From the NCBI RefSeq assembly GCF_009914755.1, contig NC_060932.1: a DNA stretch of 64,000 bases; one strand, given 5' to 3'. The notes under the pieces were generated by a model. That model was not told where the DNA came from, ran no database searches, and worked only from the letters and a program-made list of their open reading frames with translations. Shown one piece after another: positions 1 to 13,314 of the stretch; the stretch's first letter is position 1; the number at the start of each line of letters is the position of its first letter. The stretch is from the human T2T-CHM13v2.0 reference genome, Homo sapiens. The position numbers and the translations under genes were made by a program.

Positions 1-224
1 CCCTTCCCATGTCCTCCCCAGGCACCTGCCAGGGGTGGCAGGTAGTGGCAGGATATTGGCCTCCCCCTGCTGTCCTGCTCTTGCTCCTGGTTGAAGGTGT
101 CAGTGGCGGCAGAGTGGGAAGGGGAAAATGTGGGGTTCAAATTCCAGATGATGGCAACATGGCTACCAAAACCTGTCCCTGGAAAGTAGGGGAGGCAACA
201 GGTGGCAGTACTCACATGAGTGAC

Positions 225-420
225 TCTCTAAGCCACCATCCCTCTGCAGTCACCCATGCTCTATTGTTCCAGCAGACTTCATTTACAAAATCCAAATTCA
301 AAGATAAAATTATCAGTAATTTCGAGACTGTGACTAGAGAGCATAGAATGGCAAGCCCAGATCCTTCTGAGCCAGTGGCCACGTGCAACTGCACTGGTCA
401 TTCCTGTGAAGCTGACCCTG
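225..420 (-). mobile_element. MER45-like hAT (Tip100) DNA transposon fossil
   Basis: CAAATTCAAAGATAAAATTATCAGTAATTTCGAGAC...TGCAACTGCACTGGTCATTCCTGTGAAGCTGACCCTG resembles the reverse complement of the recalled MER45A consensus. Confidence 0.65.
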
Positions 421-1219
421 ATGGGAAGTGGATTTGCTGGTGACATCACAGGGCCCTGATCCTGCAACATCCTGGAGGAGCTGTGTGCACCTGCCAACTC
501 TGGCTCTCCTCCAACATATACAATCTTATTTTTGAAAAAGAGCTTTCTGCTTCAGTAAGACAAGAAAGACAAGGCATTTTAGAAATTTTAAAAAACAGTG
601 TATCTTTTATTTCATGGGTTTATACAGATCATACCTAGTAGTACTAAGAGAACTTACCAAAGAACAACAATGACTTAATTTGGAGTCTGTTTCTGAGTGG
701 TGCTTTTCTAATCAAAGTGTAATTAGGGCATTGCTCCAAGCAGTCTTGGCTGGGTTCAGTGAGTTTAGACAGATATAGCTCTCTGAGTCCTTTACAGCCT
801 GGACTGGCTTAACAATCATCCAAGCCTCATAGTGACCATTTTCCCTCATCTTTGTGACCCCATTTCTTTATCAATATTGTTGTTAAACCACAGCCAGCAG
901 ATCCCAACGTCATTGGTTTATGATCAATCAGTGTACATATTTATACTGCTATAATGTTCAAAATACTATTTGGTTGATAATCTTTATTGCAGTACATATT
1001 TGAAAAACGTCATTAAAAACTTAGATTTAACAAATAATTTTGAGGTTCTTAATAGTTTCACACGTATGGTCTCATGGTTTAATTCTTTTTAAATTTTGTA
1101 GTATGATGTTGCTTTCTTGGGATAGTGATTAGGAAAAATCCATCATGTTTATTATTATAAGTATACTTAGAGTTACATATAATTCTAAATATATATGTGT
1201 ATAATTATGATTATATCCA

Positions 1220-1640
1220 TGTAGTATTTATTGAATGCTTATTATCTACCATTTAATCTTTGCAACAATCCTGTTAAATAAGTACTCTCATCACTATTTT
1301 ATATGTGAAGAAACTGAGTTTCAGAGAGATTGAGTAACTTGCCTAAATTCATACAGCTGGTTGCTAGCAACATTTATTGAGGACTTACTGTGAGCCGGAC
1401 ACCAGGCTAAGTATTTTACATAGTAGAATTCTACATTCTCTACAGTATTCTGCATATTGTCATTTAATCCCTATGACTTACCCTTTGGGATAGTATTACT
1501 GCTATCTTCATATTACAGATGAAAAAACTTGAGACTGGAAAGATTGATTCTCTTAAGGGTACACTGCTATTACCACTAAGAGCCAGGATTTTAACACAGA
1601 AAGTTGGACACCAGAGCCAATGTTTTCATTCATTACACTG
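1220..1640 (-). mobile_element. Two adjacent MIR SINE fragments
   Basis: Reverse MIR core twice: GAAGAAACTGAGTTTCAGAGAGATTGAGTAACTTGCC and CAGATGAAAAAACTTGAGACTGG. Confidence 0.75.
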
Positions 1641-1657
1641 TGCAGAAGGTTGCATAT

Positions 1658-2602
1658 TGTGAAAATGGCCAGAACATATTTCTGTTGCCACATACTCCTC
1701 CAGAACCTTACACTCTCTCATCAATAGTTGGAGTCTATTCTTCCCCCACTTGAAACCTTGTGGGCACTATGAATGCCATGACAAATAGCACTGTGGTGGA
1801 AGTGATATTGCATGGTCACACGTAGAAGGGCTAGGTCAGAAAAGGTAATACAGAACCTGCTAGGCTCTCTGTCTCAGGATACTCATCCTTGCAACTCAGC
1901 CACTATGGAAGGCAGAGTCATGGCTCTCCAAAGATGTCTGTGTCCTAGTCCCTGGAACCTGTGAATATATTACCTTACTAGGCTAAAGGGACTTGACAGA
2001 TGTAATAAAATTAAGGACCTTGAAATGAGAAAATTATTTTTAATTATGTGAGTGGCCCAATATAATCACAAAGGTCCTTAAAAGTGGAAGAGGGAGCAGA
2101 GAGTCAGAAGGAGATGTGATCGTGGAAAGAAGGCACAGAGCGACGCAGTGTTGCTGGCTTTGAAGAGGTAGGAAGCAGGCCATGAGCCAAGGAATGTGGG
2201 CAGCCTCCACAAACTGGAAAATGAAGCAGATTCTCCCCTAGAGCCTTCATTCAGAAACGAACACAGCCTGGTGACAACTGGATTTTAGCCCAGTGAGACT
2301 TGTATCAGACTTTTGGCCTATAGAACTGTAAGATAATAAATTTGAATTATTTTAAGCCACTACATTTATGGTAATTTCTTGAACAGTGATAGAAAATGAA
2401 TACAGCCACCATTCTGTGAAGAAGCTCAGGCCATGAGGAGGTGTTTCAACTAACAGGTAATATCTTGGTTGACAGCCAGCATCATTTGCTAAGAAGGTGA
2501 GTGAGTGAGCTTTCAGATGACGCCAGTGCCCAAGCTTCAAGATGCTCCCAATGATGCCAAGTGGAATGGAGTTGAGCTGCCCCTGCTGAGCCCTGTTCAA
2601 AT
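1658..2602 (+). mobile_element. Older MLT1 (G/H-type) MaLR LTR, split by a nested MLT1D
   Basis: GGAGTCTATTCTTCCCCCACTTGAA...CAACTCAGCCAC, resuming after 2404 with CATTCTGTGAAGAAGCTCAGG...GCTGAGCCCTG. Confidence 0.6.
1904..2404 (+). mobile_element. MLT1D MaLR solo LTR with 5-bp TSD GCCAC
   Basis: CCAAAGATGTCTGTGTCCTAGTCCCTGGAACCTGTGAATAT...GAAAATGAATACA; GCCAC at 1899-1903 and 2405-2409. Confidence 0.85.
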
Positions 2603-3129
2603 GGCTTTTGGGGCTGTCCAAAAAACCTAACAAACATGAGGTTTGTTCTGTCTCTATTCCATGCCTTGCTGAACATGAGGAAACTTTCCAGTCTGTGAAA
2701 CAATTGTTGATTACTGAGTTTCATGATCCTAAATTACAATAAGCATCAGCCCATTTCTAACTGCTGAGGATGTCTCATCCTGTTAAAGTGTCAGGCCATG
2801 GTTAGGAACAAGATGCCAAAGCACAGTGAACAATAAATAAAGAAGTATACCAACGGACATAGGGGCACCCTTATTGTTACAAGAATAAGCCATCTTCATA
2901 ATCACTTTCACTGTTATGATCTCTACCGATTATAGAACTGTTGCAAATATCATAATCTTAAAAAAAATCTCATTGGATGATTCCTGAGCTTCATACAAAT
3001 AATTGAGAACCCTGTTTCCACATTACCTAGCAAAGAGAACACAGAAAATTATAGAAAATCATTGAGCAAACATAGCTACCTAGGGATCTGCTCTGAGTCC
3101 ATTTTTTTTAAAGAAAGATACATTACAGA

Positions 3130-4240
3130 GATAGCATGATCATGAATTTGTCATTCATTAGTTTCAGCCATGCATGTTTTTATTTATTTACTCCTTAAAG
3201 AAAATAATATTTTTTTGCTTCTTTCCATATTTTATGTATGGTATCATCAACCTGAAACTTGATTTTTGGTTGCTAGTATATTTTTAAGTTTTATTCATGT
3301 TAATGCTCACAGGCCTAGCTTAATTCATCTTTGACTGCTTATCCTTTCTCTTATTAATGAATATTAATGCTTTAAGTTTTGTTTATTTGTTTCAGCTTTT
3401 AACTTTCACAAAAATGCTGCAGTCCATGTTCTTTACAGATCTCTTGGGCACATTTACTAGATAGAGTTCATTGTATTGTATGTTTAGGGGTAAAGTTTAT
3501 GAGATAAAGAAAATATGCATCTTCAAATTTGCTAGATATTGCCAAGTTGTTCTCCAAACAATTTTTTATTCTACCACAGTATATAAGAGTTCTACTGTTT
3601 CATATAATTTGCTCACATATGCCACTATTAAACATTTAATGTTTTGCCAAACTGATAAGTCTGCAATTATATCTAATTGTGGTTTTCCCCTTGTAAGGGA
3701 GGCTAGGCAACCTTCCATATGCTTATAGGACAATATTTTTTCTCTTTTCTGTGAATTACCTATTTGTATCTTCACGCTATTTTTCTACTGAGTTTTCTTA
3801 TGTGTTATTTCTCATTAATTTGTAAGCATTTCTTAAAAATTATGGATTATAATTTGTTTTGTTATATGCTTTGCAGAAACCCTTCTCAGTTTGTGGAGTA
3901 TCTTCTTACTTTATTTGTAATGTTTGTTGTGTAACATTGGTTTAAATTGAAATACACTCAGCTATATACTTTATTTAATAGTATGTGCATTTGTTTCTTA
4001 TTTATCCTACCTCAAGGTTAGAAATAAGATCTTTTATATTTTTTCTAAACTTTTTATATTTTTCATCCATCTGGAATTTATTTTTTTCTGTACAGTGTGA
4101 GGTAGGGGTTTAACTTTATTTTTTCCCCACAAGGATACTTCATTTCTCAGCAGCATTATTAAATAGTCATGTTATCCCTACTAATTTTTAATGTCATCTC
4201 TCTCATATTAAGTTTTCATAGATATGTGAGTTGGGAATAT
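3130..4240 (-). mobile_element. Old L1M (L1MC/ME-type) fragment
   Basis: T-rich tract with antisense L1 3' motifs such as CTTCAAATTTGCTAGATATTGCCAAGTTGTTCTCCAAA. Confidence 0.65.
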
Positions 4241-4254
4241 GCTATTATACTTCA

Positions 4255-4575
4255 GTGACTTTGTATAAGCTATTATCTCTGTCCAGAATGTCCTTCCCCA
4301 CTCTGTTGACTTGCAAATATTCTCCTCTCCTATTATGTCTTAGTTTAAATGTCATCTTCTTTATGAAATAGCTCTCACCTTTCTTTCCCCTTCTCTGTGT
4401 TGATTATAACCTTCATTGCCACATGTATTGCACCATAGATATTCATGTAGAGAGTTTTCATTGCCAGATTTTTAGCATTTTGGAGGCTAAACACATTGTC
4501 CTGTTATTTTGTACTGTCAAGTACCTTGTAGATATTTAATAAGATTATCTAAAGGAATAAATTAATGAGTGAATC
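4255..4575 (+). mobile_element. L2 3' end
   Basis: CCAGAATGTCCTTCCCC...TTTAAATGTCATCTTC, ending in a TGAGTGAAT-type tail. Confidence 0.6.
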
Positions 4576-5483
4576 TTTGAAACAGAACAGCTTGAGTGAC
4601 ACTTGGTAAATCTGAATAATTCATCTTCATATCTCTGGTCTATCTTTTTCCCTTGTTTTGCTGACTTTATGTAGAGATTTTAACATAGTTATTATGGATG
4701 GCATTTTTCTTTTTAAAAATTGCTATTTATATCTATAATTTGTAGTGTAGTATAGCATAATGCTATCTTACTTGTTAGATTCTTTTCATTTTTTTTAAAT
4801 AAATGTTGTCTGAAGACTAAATTAGCAACATCACCTATATGGTGACACTACTTTGTCCAAAAATCCCCAAAGCTGCCTTGTTGGAGAGCAGGGAAGCTTT
4901 GTACTCTAGGCAAGCTGTTATTTGGTACATATAGCTAAAATCTAAAAAGCACAACAAAGACTGTAAACTCACTCAATTTTACGTAATTATTTTTGAATAC
5001 TCTATGGTCCCTTATAAAATGTAAGGACTTTATAAATAGTTATTGAATATTTTCATGATAGTAATCATGTGTTTCATCACCTGCCTTACTCTTGAGAAGA
5101 TTTTACAAGATCTGTCAATCTCATAGGCAATAAAGAACATAGCTGATTTCTGTATATGATTTCCATCAAAGCTTATGCATGTGGCGAATCAGAACAGAAA
5201 TGAGCATTGCTGACATGACCTTGAAGTTTCCATAATCACCAGCTTCTGGTATTATTTGAGAGTAGATTTAGAACACTTATGCTGGTGTTGTTTTCACTTA
5301 CAAGTAACCCTCAAAAGATTAGCAGCCCTTCTTTACTGCTGTTAATTTTGTCATTGACCAAACTCACAGCAAAAGATGCAACCATCAACTCCTAACTCAA
5401 AAGAGTGAACAACAAAGTCTGCATATGAAAGCATGGTCTTCAGAATTTCATGCTCAGCCAGGTATTTAGGCTGCAAGACCTAC

Positions 5484-5548
5484 CTTATCTCGGAGTGTAG
5501 ATGCTTGGATTTGCTGCTTACAGGTCAGCAAATCATGCGTAGTTAGCT
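5484..5548 (-). other. Candidate exon (65 nt) of a putative minus-strand transcript
   Basis: Donor AAG|gtaggt is good; acceptor aaataaaacag| is weak and purine-rich; only the phase-1 frame is open. Confidence 0.25.
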
Positions 5549-6941
5549 CTGTTTTATTTAAACAAGTCTGGTTACAAACTACTGTACAGTACTTCTGCAC
5601 AAAGTTATACTACGTCTCTATGTTCCCTAATTCACTTAAGGAAAGAGCAATCACTTTCAAGGTTTCACCCAAATCATTCTTTTAAGCTATTCTTAACACC
5701 CTGAGCTTTTCTCTTGAGGTTTCTTTTCCTTATCCCTAGAAATAACCTTTCATCATTGGCTTTTGAAAGTGTTCAGTCTACGTAATTTCCCAAATTGGGC
5801 CTTTCAGTTTTGGACCTGGTTACCTTATTAAGTCCTTTAATTTTTCATTGTGAGCTCCTTAACTTTTTATCTGGTGAATTTCCTTTTCGAACACGTCTTG
5901 CCTCTACTCTCCTGTGCTTTCTTTTCACTACACACATAACAATTTTCCACTTCTTTCCCAATACCAGCCACTTGGGTTCCAAATTTTATTATTTCCCTAT
6001 TGTTCATTTCTCTATTTAAAAAACATATCTGTTTTATCTCAAATTAGTGTTCTAAGTCCCAGATTTACATTTAAAGGTCATAAATAACTCTTATCTACAA
6101 CCTCTGCGAGACTCTTTCTCTCTTTAGAGTTCAGTTTCCTTGTCTATAAAATGAGGCAGTTGGAAGACATCTCTAAGTTCTGCTTCAGCAAAAACAGTGC
6201 GACTCTGACAATAAGAGGATTTGTCATATTTGGTACACCTCAATTGATTAGGGGTTATTTACTGCTGTGTAGTCTATCTATGTTTGCATGGCCATTGGCA
6301 CATTCAATATAAAACTGCATCACGCAAAAGGAGCAGCAGCCAGTTCTAGCATCACAGCTGTTTTTGTCTTAGCACAATGTGAGGCCCGATTGGGAGAAGA
6401 GAAAGCAGGAAAAGCACAAGAAGCTGCCAAAAGGTGAACTGAAATAGGACAGTCACAGGCAAAGATAAAAGTTGAAATGACTTCATGACACCCCAGAAGA
6501 TTATAACTAAAAGGAACTAGGCCAGTGTCAGGACTTCTGGGCGAGAATTAACAGAAAGGAGAAAAAGAACTAGAACTCTGCTATCAGAAAAGAAAAGGTT
6601 ATTTTTTTCTTTAGAAATATATGTTCTCAGATTATGAGTTTAGAGGTCAATGAAACAGAGGAACAAACAATGCAAGATCTACCAACAGATGCAGAGGCAA
6701 GTTTAAGTGGGGAATGGAGAAGAGAACAAGAGCCCCAAATCCTTAGTCTTTTTGTCATCCCCAAATAAAAATCACCCAATCACCCAAAGTATAATTTCTG
6801 AATGCAATGAGCAGAAATAGATGAACTTCATTTTTAGCTCTTATGTTTCTTGGATTGTGAGTTGGCTAAGGTATTTGTTAGTCTGCCGCTCATTTACTAG
6901 ATTACTGATCGCATGATACGACTATTATGTCATTCAGGTAA

Positions 6942-7452
<511 letters not shown>

Positions 7453-7609
7453 TAGAAGTTTGTTTTATTGAAAAGGTTTTTTTTAATTTTTCAAACAAAT
7501 AACTTTTTTTCTTTTTTTTGGTTTAGAGGTATATGTGCTACAATTCCTTCTGGGAAATGAGTGACTGGATTGAAACAAATTTAAAGTTAAAATGTCTTTA
7601 TGCGCAAGT

Positions 7610-7760
7610 CAGGTAGCTGTTATTCCTATATCCATTTTGCAGATGAGTATTTGGAGGTTCAGAGTGGTTAAGGTGAAGCTGATCACATGAAAAAAGAAGT
7701 GAAGCTGGGATTTAAACCCAGATCTCCTGATTTTAAGTGCTATGGTCCTCATACTACACT
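7610..7760 (-). mobile_element. MIR
   Basis: CCATTTTGCAGATGAG...GAGGTTCAGAGTGGTTAAG...GGATTTAAACCCAG. Confidence 0.75.
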
Positions 7761-8549
7761 CCTAAAGGCTTTCCCCTAGACTGTGAGAAGGGTAAATTGC
7801 TTATACATTCTTAATTTGCATGCACTTAGTAAATTAATCATGTGACTGTAACAGACATAATGAGCATCTTAACAGAATCACTGAATGACCACCGGTGGCT
7901 TCCCTGACATCTCCCCTCCCAACCCATAGGTCACATTGTGAAACCAGGACAGCTTTCTTCCTTTCTTTAGCAGTTTCCTCTTTAGGCGTTGTATGGCCAA
8001 TGGTGCCATATACACTAGAGCTTCCTGGCAGAAGGGGGACCCATTCACTGATTCCTTGAATGAATCTTTCACTATATATTAAATGAGTCATCACACCATG
8101 CAGGTGATTGTGTGAGATACAATGGGCACTAAGAACATAACTGAGGCATCATAGAATGTTTGTGGTAATGGATATAGCAGCCTAGTCTCCTTTGCTTTGC
8201 ATAATTGGAAAAAGTTTCAGATGATTGAAGTTTGGAGGAAATTAAGAAAAGAAATCTCAGTTTAAATAACCAAAAAGTCCTGTATGAAAAGAAGTGGTGC
8301 TGATTCTTATTTGGCTCTAACATACAGTCAAACTCCTAAGCACATGTTTTCAAGTTTCAAAGTTGAATAAATGCTGCAAACGTGAAAGACATTAATGGTA
8401 CCCTCTGTCTCTCTCCCCAGTGGAGTAAATTAACTCAAGATTGCTTCCATTAGCCTTTCCTCTTCTCATCCCCCCATCTGCCTGGAGGAAAATGCTTGCT
8501 GATGGCACTTCCTGGCACAACAGCAATTGTGATATTTTCAGTGGGCTTT

Positions 8550-8695
8550 GCCTTTTGTTGCTCCCTGAGCTCCGTGACCCACCCGTGCTGGCCAGAGCTG
8601 CATTAACCAGGTCCCGCCCGCACAGGAGAAATTCCTTTCATTCATCAACAGATAAGGAGTTTTGACAAGACTCTCTGGGGAGCAAAAGGGAGAAA

Positions 8696-8751
<56 letters not shown>

Positions 8752-9130
8752 GATTGCCCTGTAATATTGAGAAACACAAAGTAAAGGGACCAAAAAAAGA
8801 CTGAAGGAAGCTTTAAGGCGGCCAGGGCAGACAGGGAGTCTGCTATCAGAATTAAACGCGATGCAGTCCAGAGCCCTGCTCTCTGTTTCTACCTGCTTCT
8901 TCTCAATGTCACTGTCGGCCAAGAGTTTGATAAAAAACAGATCCCCAGAAGTATTCCAGTAACTCCTCAGGACCACCAGGGCAAAAACAAAAACATTCAG
9001 GGCTTGACACTTACCAGGGCAACTTGCCAAGCTTATCACATGTGAAAAGAGCTGCTCAGAGAGAATAATCTTGCTCGCGTTCACAAGGCGGGGTGTTAAG
9101 TCTCGGAGAACCCAGGGCATTTTCCATCCA
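8550..9130. promoter_or_regulatory. Candidate regulatory element (CpG-retaining, GC box, (CA)n)
   Basis: About a dozen CpGs in unique DNA; CCGCCC near 8614; NF-kB-like GGAGAAATTCC near 8625; internal (CA)n. Confidence 0.35.
8698..8750 (+). repeat. (CA)n microsatellite, about 26 units
   Basis: Perfect dinucleotide run. Confidence 0.98.
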
Positions 9131-9137
9131 GAGCAGC
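9015..9137 (-). other. Candidate exon (123 nt, phase 1-1)
   Basis: Acceptor ttccaacccttctag|G; donor CTG|gtaagt; single open frame. Confidence 0.4.
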
Positions 9138-9429
9138 CTAGAAGGGTTGGAAATAGCACTTTTCTATGAACTGCCAGAAAGGGCAATTATACACTTTATG
9201 TAAGGGAAGGCTGAAGGAGAACTTGAAAGGTCATTTGAGGGAGAATGTGGAGAATTAGTCTACCTTCTAGCCTTCAAGTCTGAATAGACTGGAATGACTC
9301 TACCTTACAAGCATGTCTCATACATTCTTTATGTAAATCTTTTCTGCAAACCTGGCCTGGAGGAAATTCTGACACCCAACCTAACACTTGCAGGATGTAT
9401 TTCTTTCTTTTTCCGCAAGCTTCATTGAA

Positions 9430-9670
9430 GATAATAATAGCACACACTCCTAACATCCCTGAGTGCTTACTGTGAGCGGACACGGTCCTAAGCCTCTTAC
9501 CTGTATCTTTTTCGTGTGATCCTCATAAACGCCCTATGAGGTAGATATTATTACTATCCTCACTTTCTGGATGAGAAAACCGAGGTGCAAAGAACATGCC
9601 TAAGGTCATATAGCTAATAAGTGAAATAGCAGGGATCTAATTCTGCTTCTCATTGAATCCTCATACTTTT
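9430..9670 (-). mobile_element. MIR
   Basis: GAGTGCTTACTGTGAGC...CCCTATGAGGTAGATATTATTACTATCC...GATGAGAAAACCGAGG. Confidence 0.8.
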
Positions 9671-10304
9671 AAATAACCATTCACAGGGATACTCCCCTAT
9701 TTCTCATTTCAAGTTTCTCTGTCGGCTAAATAACCTTCTTCCCTCTAAGCCTTTCTCCTCTTGTGACTTCAGTCTGATATCTCTTCTTTAGGTTTCTGAT
9801 CTCCCTAATTAAATTTTTCCCCAATATTCTGTGAAACTTCTAATGTGTTGTTTTAGGTTTAAATATAGGTCAGCTTGTATATGTTATACGTATATGCCCT
9901 ATATCACATTGTCATATGTTTTTTCAGCTGGAGTATCACCTATCTGATCTGCATGCCTTATAACTCCATATAAGTGCTATAAAGTTTCAAGTTTCTGGTC
10001 TATTAAGATAAACCCTTATATCTCAAATTGGAACCTCAGCCTTGAGATATGGCTTTTCATGTTAGCAGCTATATCCATGCATTCCATCCCTTATGCAAAT
10101 TTGTCACAAAGCTTTGCGAGGCTTGGTGCTTCTGATGTTGCCGCTTTCCTTAGCTGCAGGCAGTCATCACGCTCTGTTAAGATGGTGGCAAAGCAGTGAA
10201 GTTTCTGTGACTCCCCTGAATAGCAACCAGTTCCATTTTTCCTCTAAACTCAGGAGGCATCTGGTTCATGACCTGATTCCTCACACCTTAATCGTGAAGA
10301 TGGT

Positions 10305-10474
10305 GCTGATCACAGTAGCACACACCCATAGTCCCAGCCACCGAGGAGACTGAGATGGGAGAATCCCTTGAGGCCAGGAATTTGAGGCTGTAGTGCACTA
10401 TGAGCCTCTGAATAGCCACTGCACTCCAACCTGGGCAACATAACAAGACTCTTCTCTTAAAAAAGAGAAAAAAA
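10305..10474 (+). mobile_element. FAM fossil Alu monomer with TSD GAAGATGGT
   Basis: 7SL-like GAGGCTGTAGTGCACTATG...CTGAATAGCCACTGCACTCC plus A tail; TSD at 10296-10304 and 10475-10483. Confidence 0.85.
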
Positions 10475-10509
10475 GAAGATGGTAAGTTGGGCTTTTTTAT
10501 CAAACAAAA

Positions 10510-10835
10510 CTTGTGTTCATTGGGCTAACAAATACATAGAGTGTCTACTACTAGCCAGACATGTTGTAAGTGCTAGCTCTAAGTCAGTTAAGAAAACAGA
10601 TAATAAATCTCTGTCTCTTGAATATTATTCTCTGGTGAGGGGTTATAGATACATGATATATTAATTATGTCAGAGAACTTGGCAAATGAGAAATAGGAAG
10701 TTCATTCAGCTAAATTAATTCAACAACTCTTCGTTAAATACCAAATATGTATTGTACAGTGTTTATCAGTTGTTGGAGTTAAAGCAGGAACCAGAAAGAT
10801 ATGATTCCAGCCATCATGTTACTTACATTCTCGTG
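10510..10835 (-). mobile_element. L2 3'-end fragments
   Basis: CAAATACATAGAGTGTCTACTACTAGCCAGACATGTTGTAAGTGCTAG, and a second TTCATTCAG...ATTCAACA start. Confidence 0.6.
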
Positions 10836-10849
10836 CCCATCATTTAACT

Positions 10850-11290
10850 GTTTGTTCTCACATGCATTTCTTACCATTCTCCTGCTCCTTTGAAGGTGGG
10901 AGAGAAGAGGAAAGTAATCTTTACAGAGTACATTTCCTAGATTCCCCTGCCAAATGGCACTTGATCAGTTTTTCAAGAGCAGCAGGCACTAACCAAAGTC
11001 TGGGGAAACACAAGAAAGGAGTGACCTTGCCTCTTCCTTTCTCTGTCGCAGGTGCTGGCTGCCTTTCCTCTAAACTCTAGCTCCTGCTAGCCTGGCTGTA
11101 ACCCCGATTGCACCTCCTCCTTTCTAGGCTCTTGTGCCTCCAGCCCTTGGGATAGCAGTGGCTTTTGTTCTGTGTTGCCTACAATCTCTGTTTAACTTCT
11201 CAGCCTTCATGATCCATGTGGCCAAATCCTTGAATTAAATTTTCTTTTCGAAAGACCTAAACTAGTTTTGTTTTTTCTCATGGGCCCCTA
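10850..11290. mobile_element. Possible ERVL LTR (LTR33/LTR16-like)
   Basis: CATTTCCTAGATTCCCCTGC...CTCCAGCCCTTGGGATAGCAGTGGCTT...GAATTAAATTTTC resembles recalled LTR33-type motifs. Confidence 0.35.
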
Positions 11291-11379
11291 AGTGGGGAAG
11301 TAAGTTTTAAATGAGATATTACAAATGTGATTAGCAAAACAAAAGTAGCAGTGAGGTACTATAGATTGTATAAGAAGAG

Positions 11380-11754
11380 CCCTAGTTTGCTGGGGCTGCC
11401 AAAGCAAACTGTAAGAATCTTGGTGACTTATACAACAGAAACTTATTTTCTCAGAGTTGTAGGGGCAGGAAGTTCAAGATAAGGTGTCTGCAGGTTTGTT
11501 TCTTCTGAGGCCTCTCTCCTGGGCCGCCTTCTCCCTGTTGTCTTCACCATGGTCATGTCTCAGTGCTTGCGTATCACTTTGTCTCCTCTTATAAAGAGAC
11601 TGGTCAGATTGGATTGGGACCCACCCAAATAGCTTCACTTTACCTTAATCACATCTTTAATGGTTCTCTTTTTAAATACAGTCACATTCTGAAGTGTTGG
11701 GACTTCAGGCTCCAACATATGAATTTTAGAGGGTACTCAATTCAATCCATAACA
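11380..11754 (-). mobile_element. MLT1B/MLT1A-type MaLR LTR
   Basis: TAGTTTGCTGGGGCTGCC...CAACAGAAACTTATTTTCTCA...CAACATATGAATTTTAG...CAATCCATAACA. Confidence 0.85.
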
Positions 11755-11899
11755 CTGACCTAGTTGAAAGGTCAGGTAGGCTCAGCTAAGAAAGGCATCA
11801 ACAAATAGAGTAGCAGGGAAGACATTGGTGGCCATATATGCATTTGATTTTCACATATTTGACATATGTTATAAATGCAACATGCTAGCCGCTGGATAT

Positions 11900-12185
11900 A
11901 CAGACATGGATAAGATGTTCTCCTCTGTGATTGACATTGGGTAGGAGACATGGACAAGGGGTGGAATAATTAAAATATAATGTAGTTCATCTCAGGATGG
12001 GTTAAGTATCAGAAGTAGCTGGAGAATGGAGAACAGGGGCATCTCAGCCTATTAAGAAGGTCAAGAATGGCCTCCTCTGAGTAGATGTCATCCAAAGTGA
12101 ATCTTCAAAATTAAAGTGTTGGGCAAGTGAAAAAAATCTGAGAGTGGGAAGAAAATTCCCAGTAGATGAAAGAGCATGTTTTCTA
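11900..12185 (-). mobile_element. L2 fragment
   Basis: GGTCAAGAATGGCCTCCTCTGAGTAGATGTCATCCAAAGTGAATCTT, an antisense L2 pattern. Confidence 0.5.
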
Positions 12186-12264
12186 GATGTTAGACTTGTA
12201 AGTAAGAGAAAGATAGCACAGCATATTCATCCTTCATGAAACTGAGAGGACAGCTTCTTTTTTG

Positions 12265-12266
<2 letters not shown>

Positions 12267-12319
<53 letters not shown>
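12267..12319 (+). repeat. (GT)n microsatellite
   Basis: Dinucleotide run. Confidence 0.98.
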
Positions 12320-12321
<2 letters not shown>

Positions 12322-13314
12322 AACTGAATAATACTTCTCTGTATTCATTGATGCAGTGTTCTTCATAGCACTTTTAAAATATTGGGAGTTGATCTCTAAA
12401 TATCTTGGAGCTAATGCTTTGCTTCTCATTTGTTTATTTTGGATTGTTTCCATCTATGAGAGAACGTCATGTCATTTTTCCTTGATAATCATGTCTCTAA
12501 CTTTGGTGTGACCACCTCTCCTTTGGCATCGGTGATCCTGGGGGCTTCGGACTGTGCTACTCCCAAGAAGTTGCTGAGAATGTTCATTAGAACAATAGGA
12601 AAGGCTTCTAAAACTCTGCTTTGTAACTTTTCGCATGTATATTCTCAATAAGGATGTGTCTTTTTTTAGCCATATCACTATGGTTAATGAAGTATTACAC
12701 AGTAGAAGGCCCACATAATTGGCCCAAACCAATGTTAAAAATAATATTAAAATGTAAAGTTTTCATCTTGTTGCTCTTTTTCAGCTATTTCAGTAGATCT
12801 CTTTCTTCCCTGACTGGTATCATTCACAAACATTCAAAATGACTCTATTGTAGATTTCTGGCTTGAAGAATAAGCTATTTGTCCAATGACATTATTTAAG
12901 AAGGACAGTAATTTAAGAATAATGTTTATAATACTCATAAACAATCTATACACATTTGAAGATTTTTCACTTTATCATATATATCATAGATAAAATGTTT
13001 AGAGTTCCCCCAAAAGATTCATTAAAATCCTTAGATGGGGCTTTTTTTTTTCTGGGAAAACAGTGGTTTAGTAATTCTAAAGAGGTTTCATCTTATATTA
13101 TCCATGTTCAAGCAAAAGGGCATTTGAGCATTTATTTAATCAGTGTCTGTAGCAGATTTAGGAGTAGATGCCTTTTCTTCTCATTAGGACCAAATTGCAT
13201 GCTACTGACAAGGGTTAAAAAAAATACCACATACATTTCTTCAGCAATTAAGATTGAGAACATTTGATTGGGGGCTTTCTGGGGTTTTAGATTGCCTTGC
13301 ATTTCCACCTCTGA

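Noticed and set aside
9-443. 144-aa ORF at the window start
   Set aside because: The second half lies in a MER45-like transposon; no recognisable domain
8638-9186. Longest ORF (182 aa) as a single-exon gene
   Set aside because: Non-ATG start and it runs through a (TG)n repeat giving CVCVCV; only 9015-9137 is kept as a candidate exon
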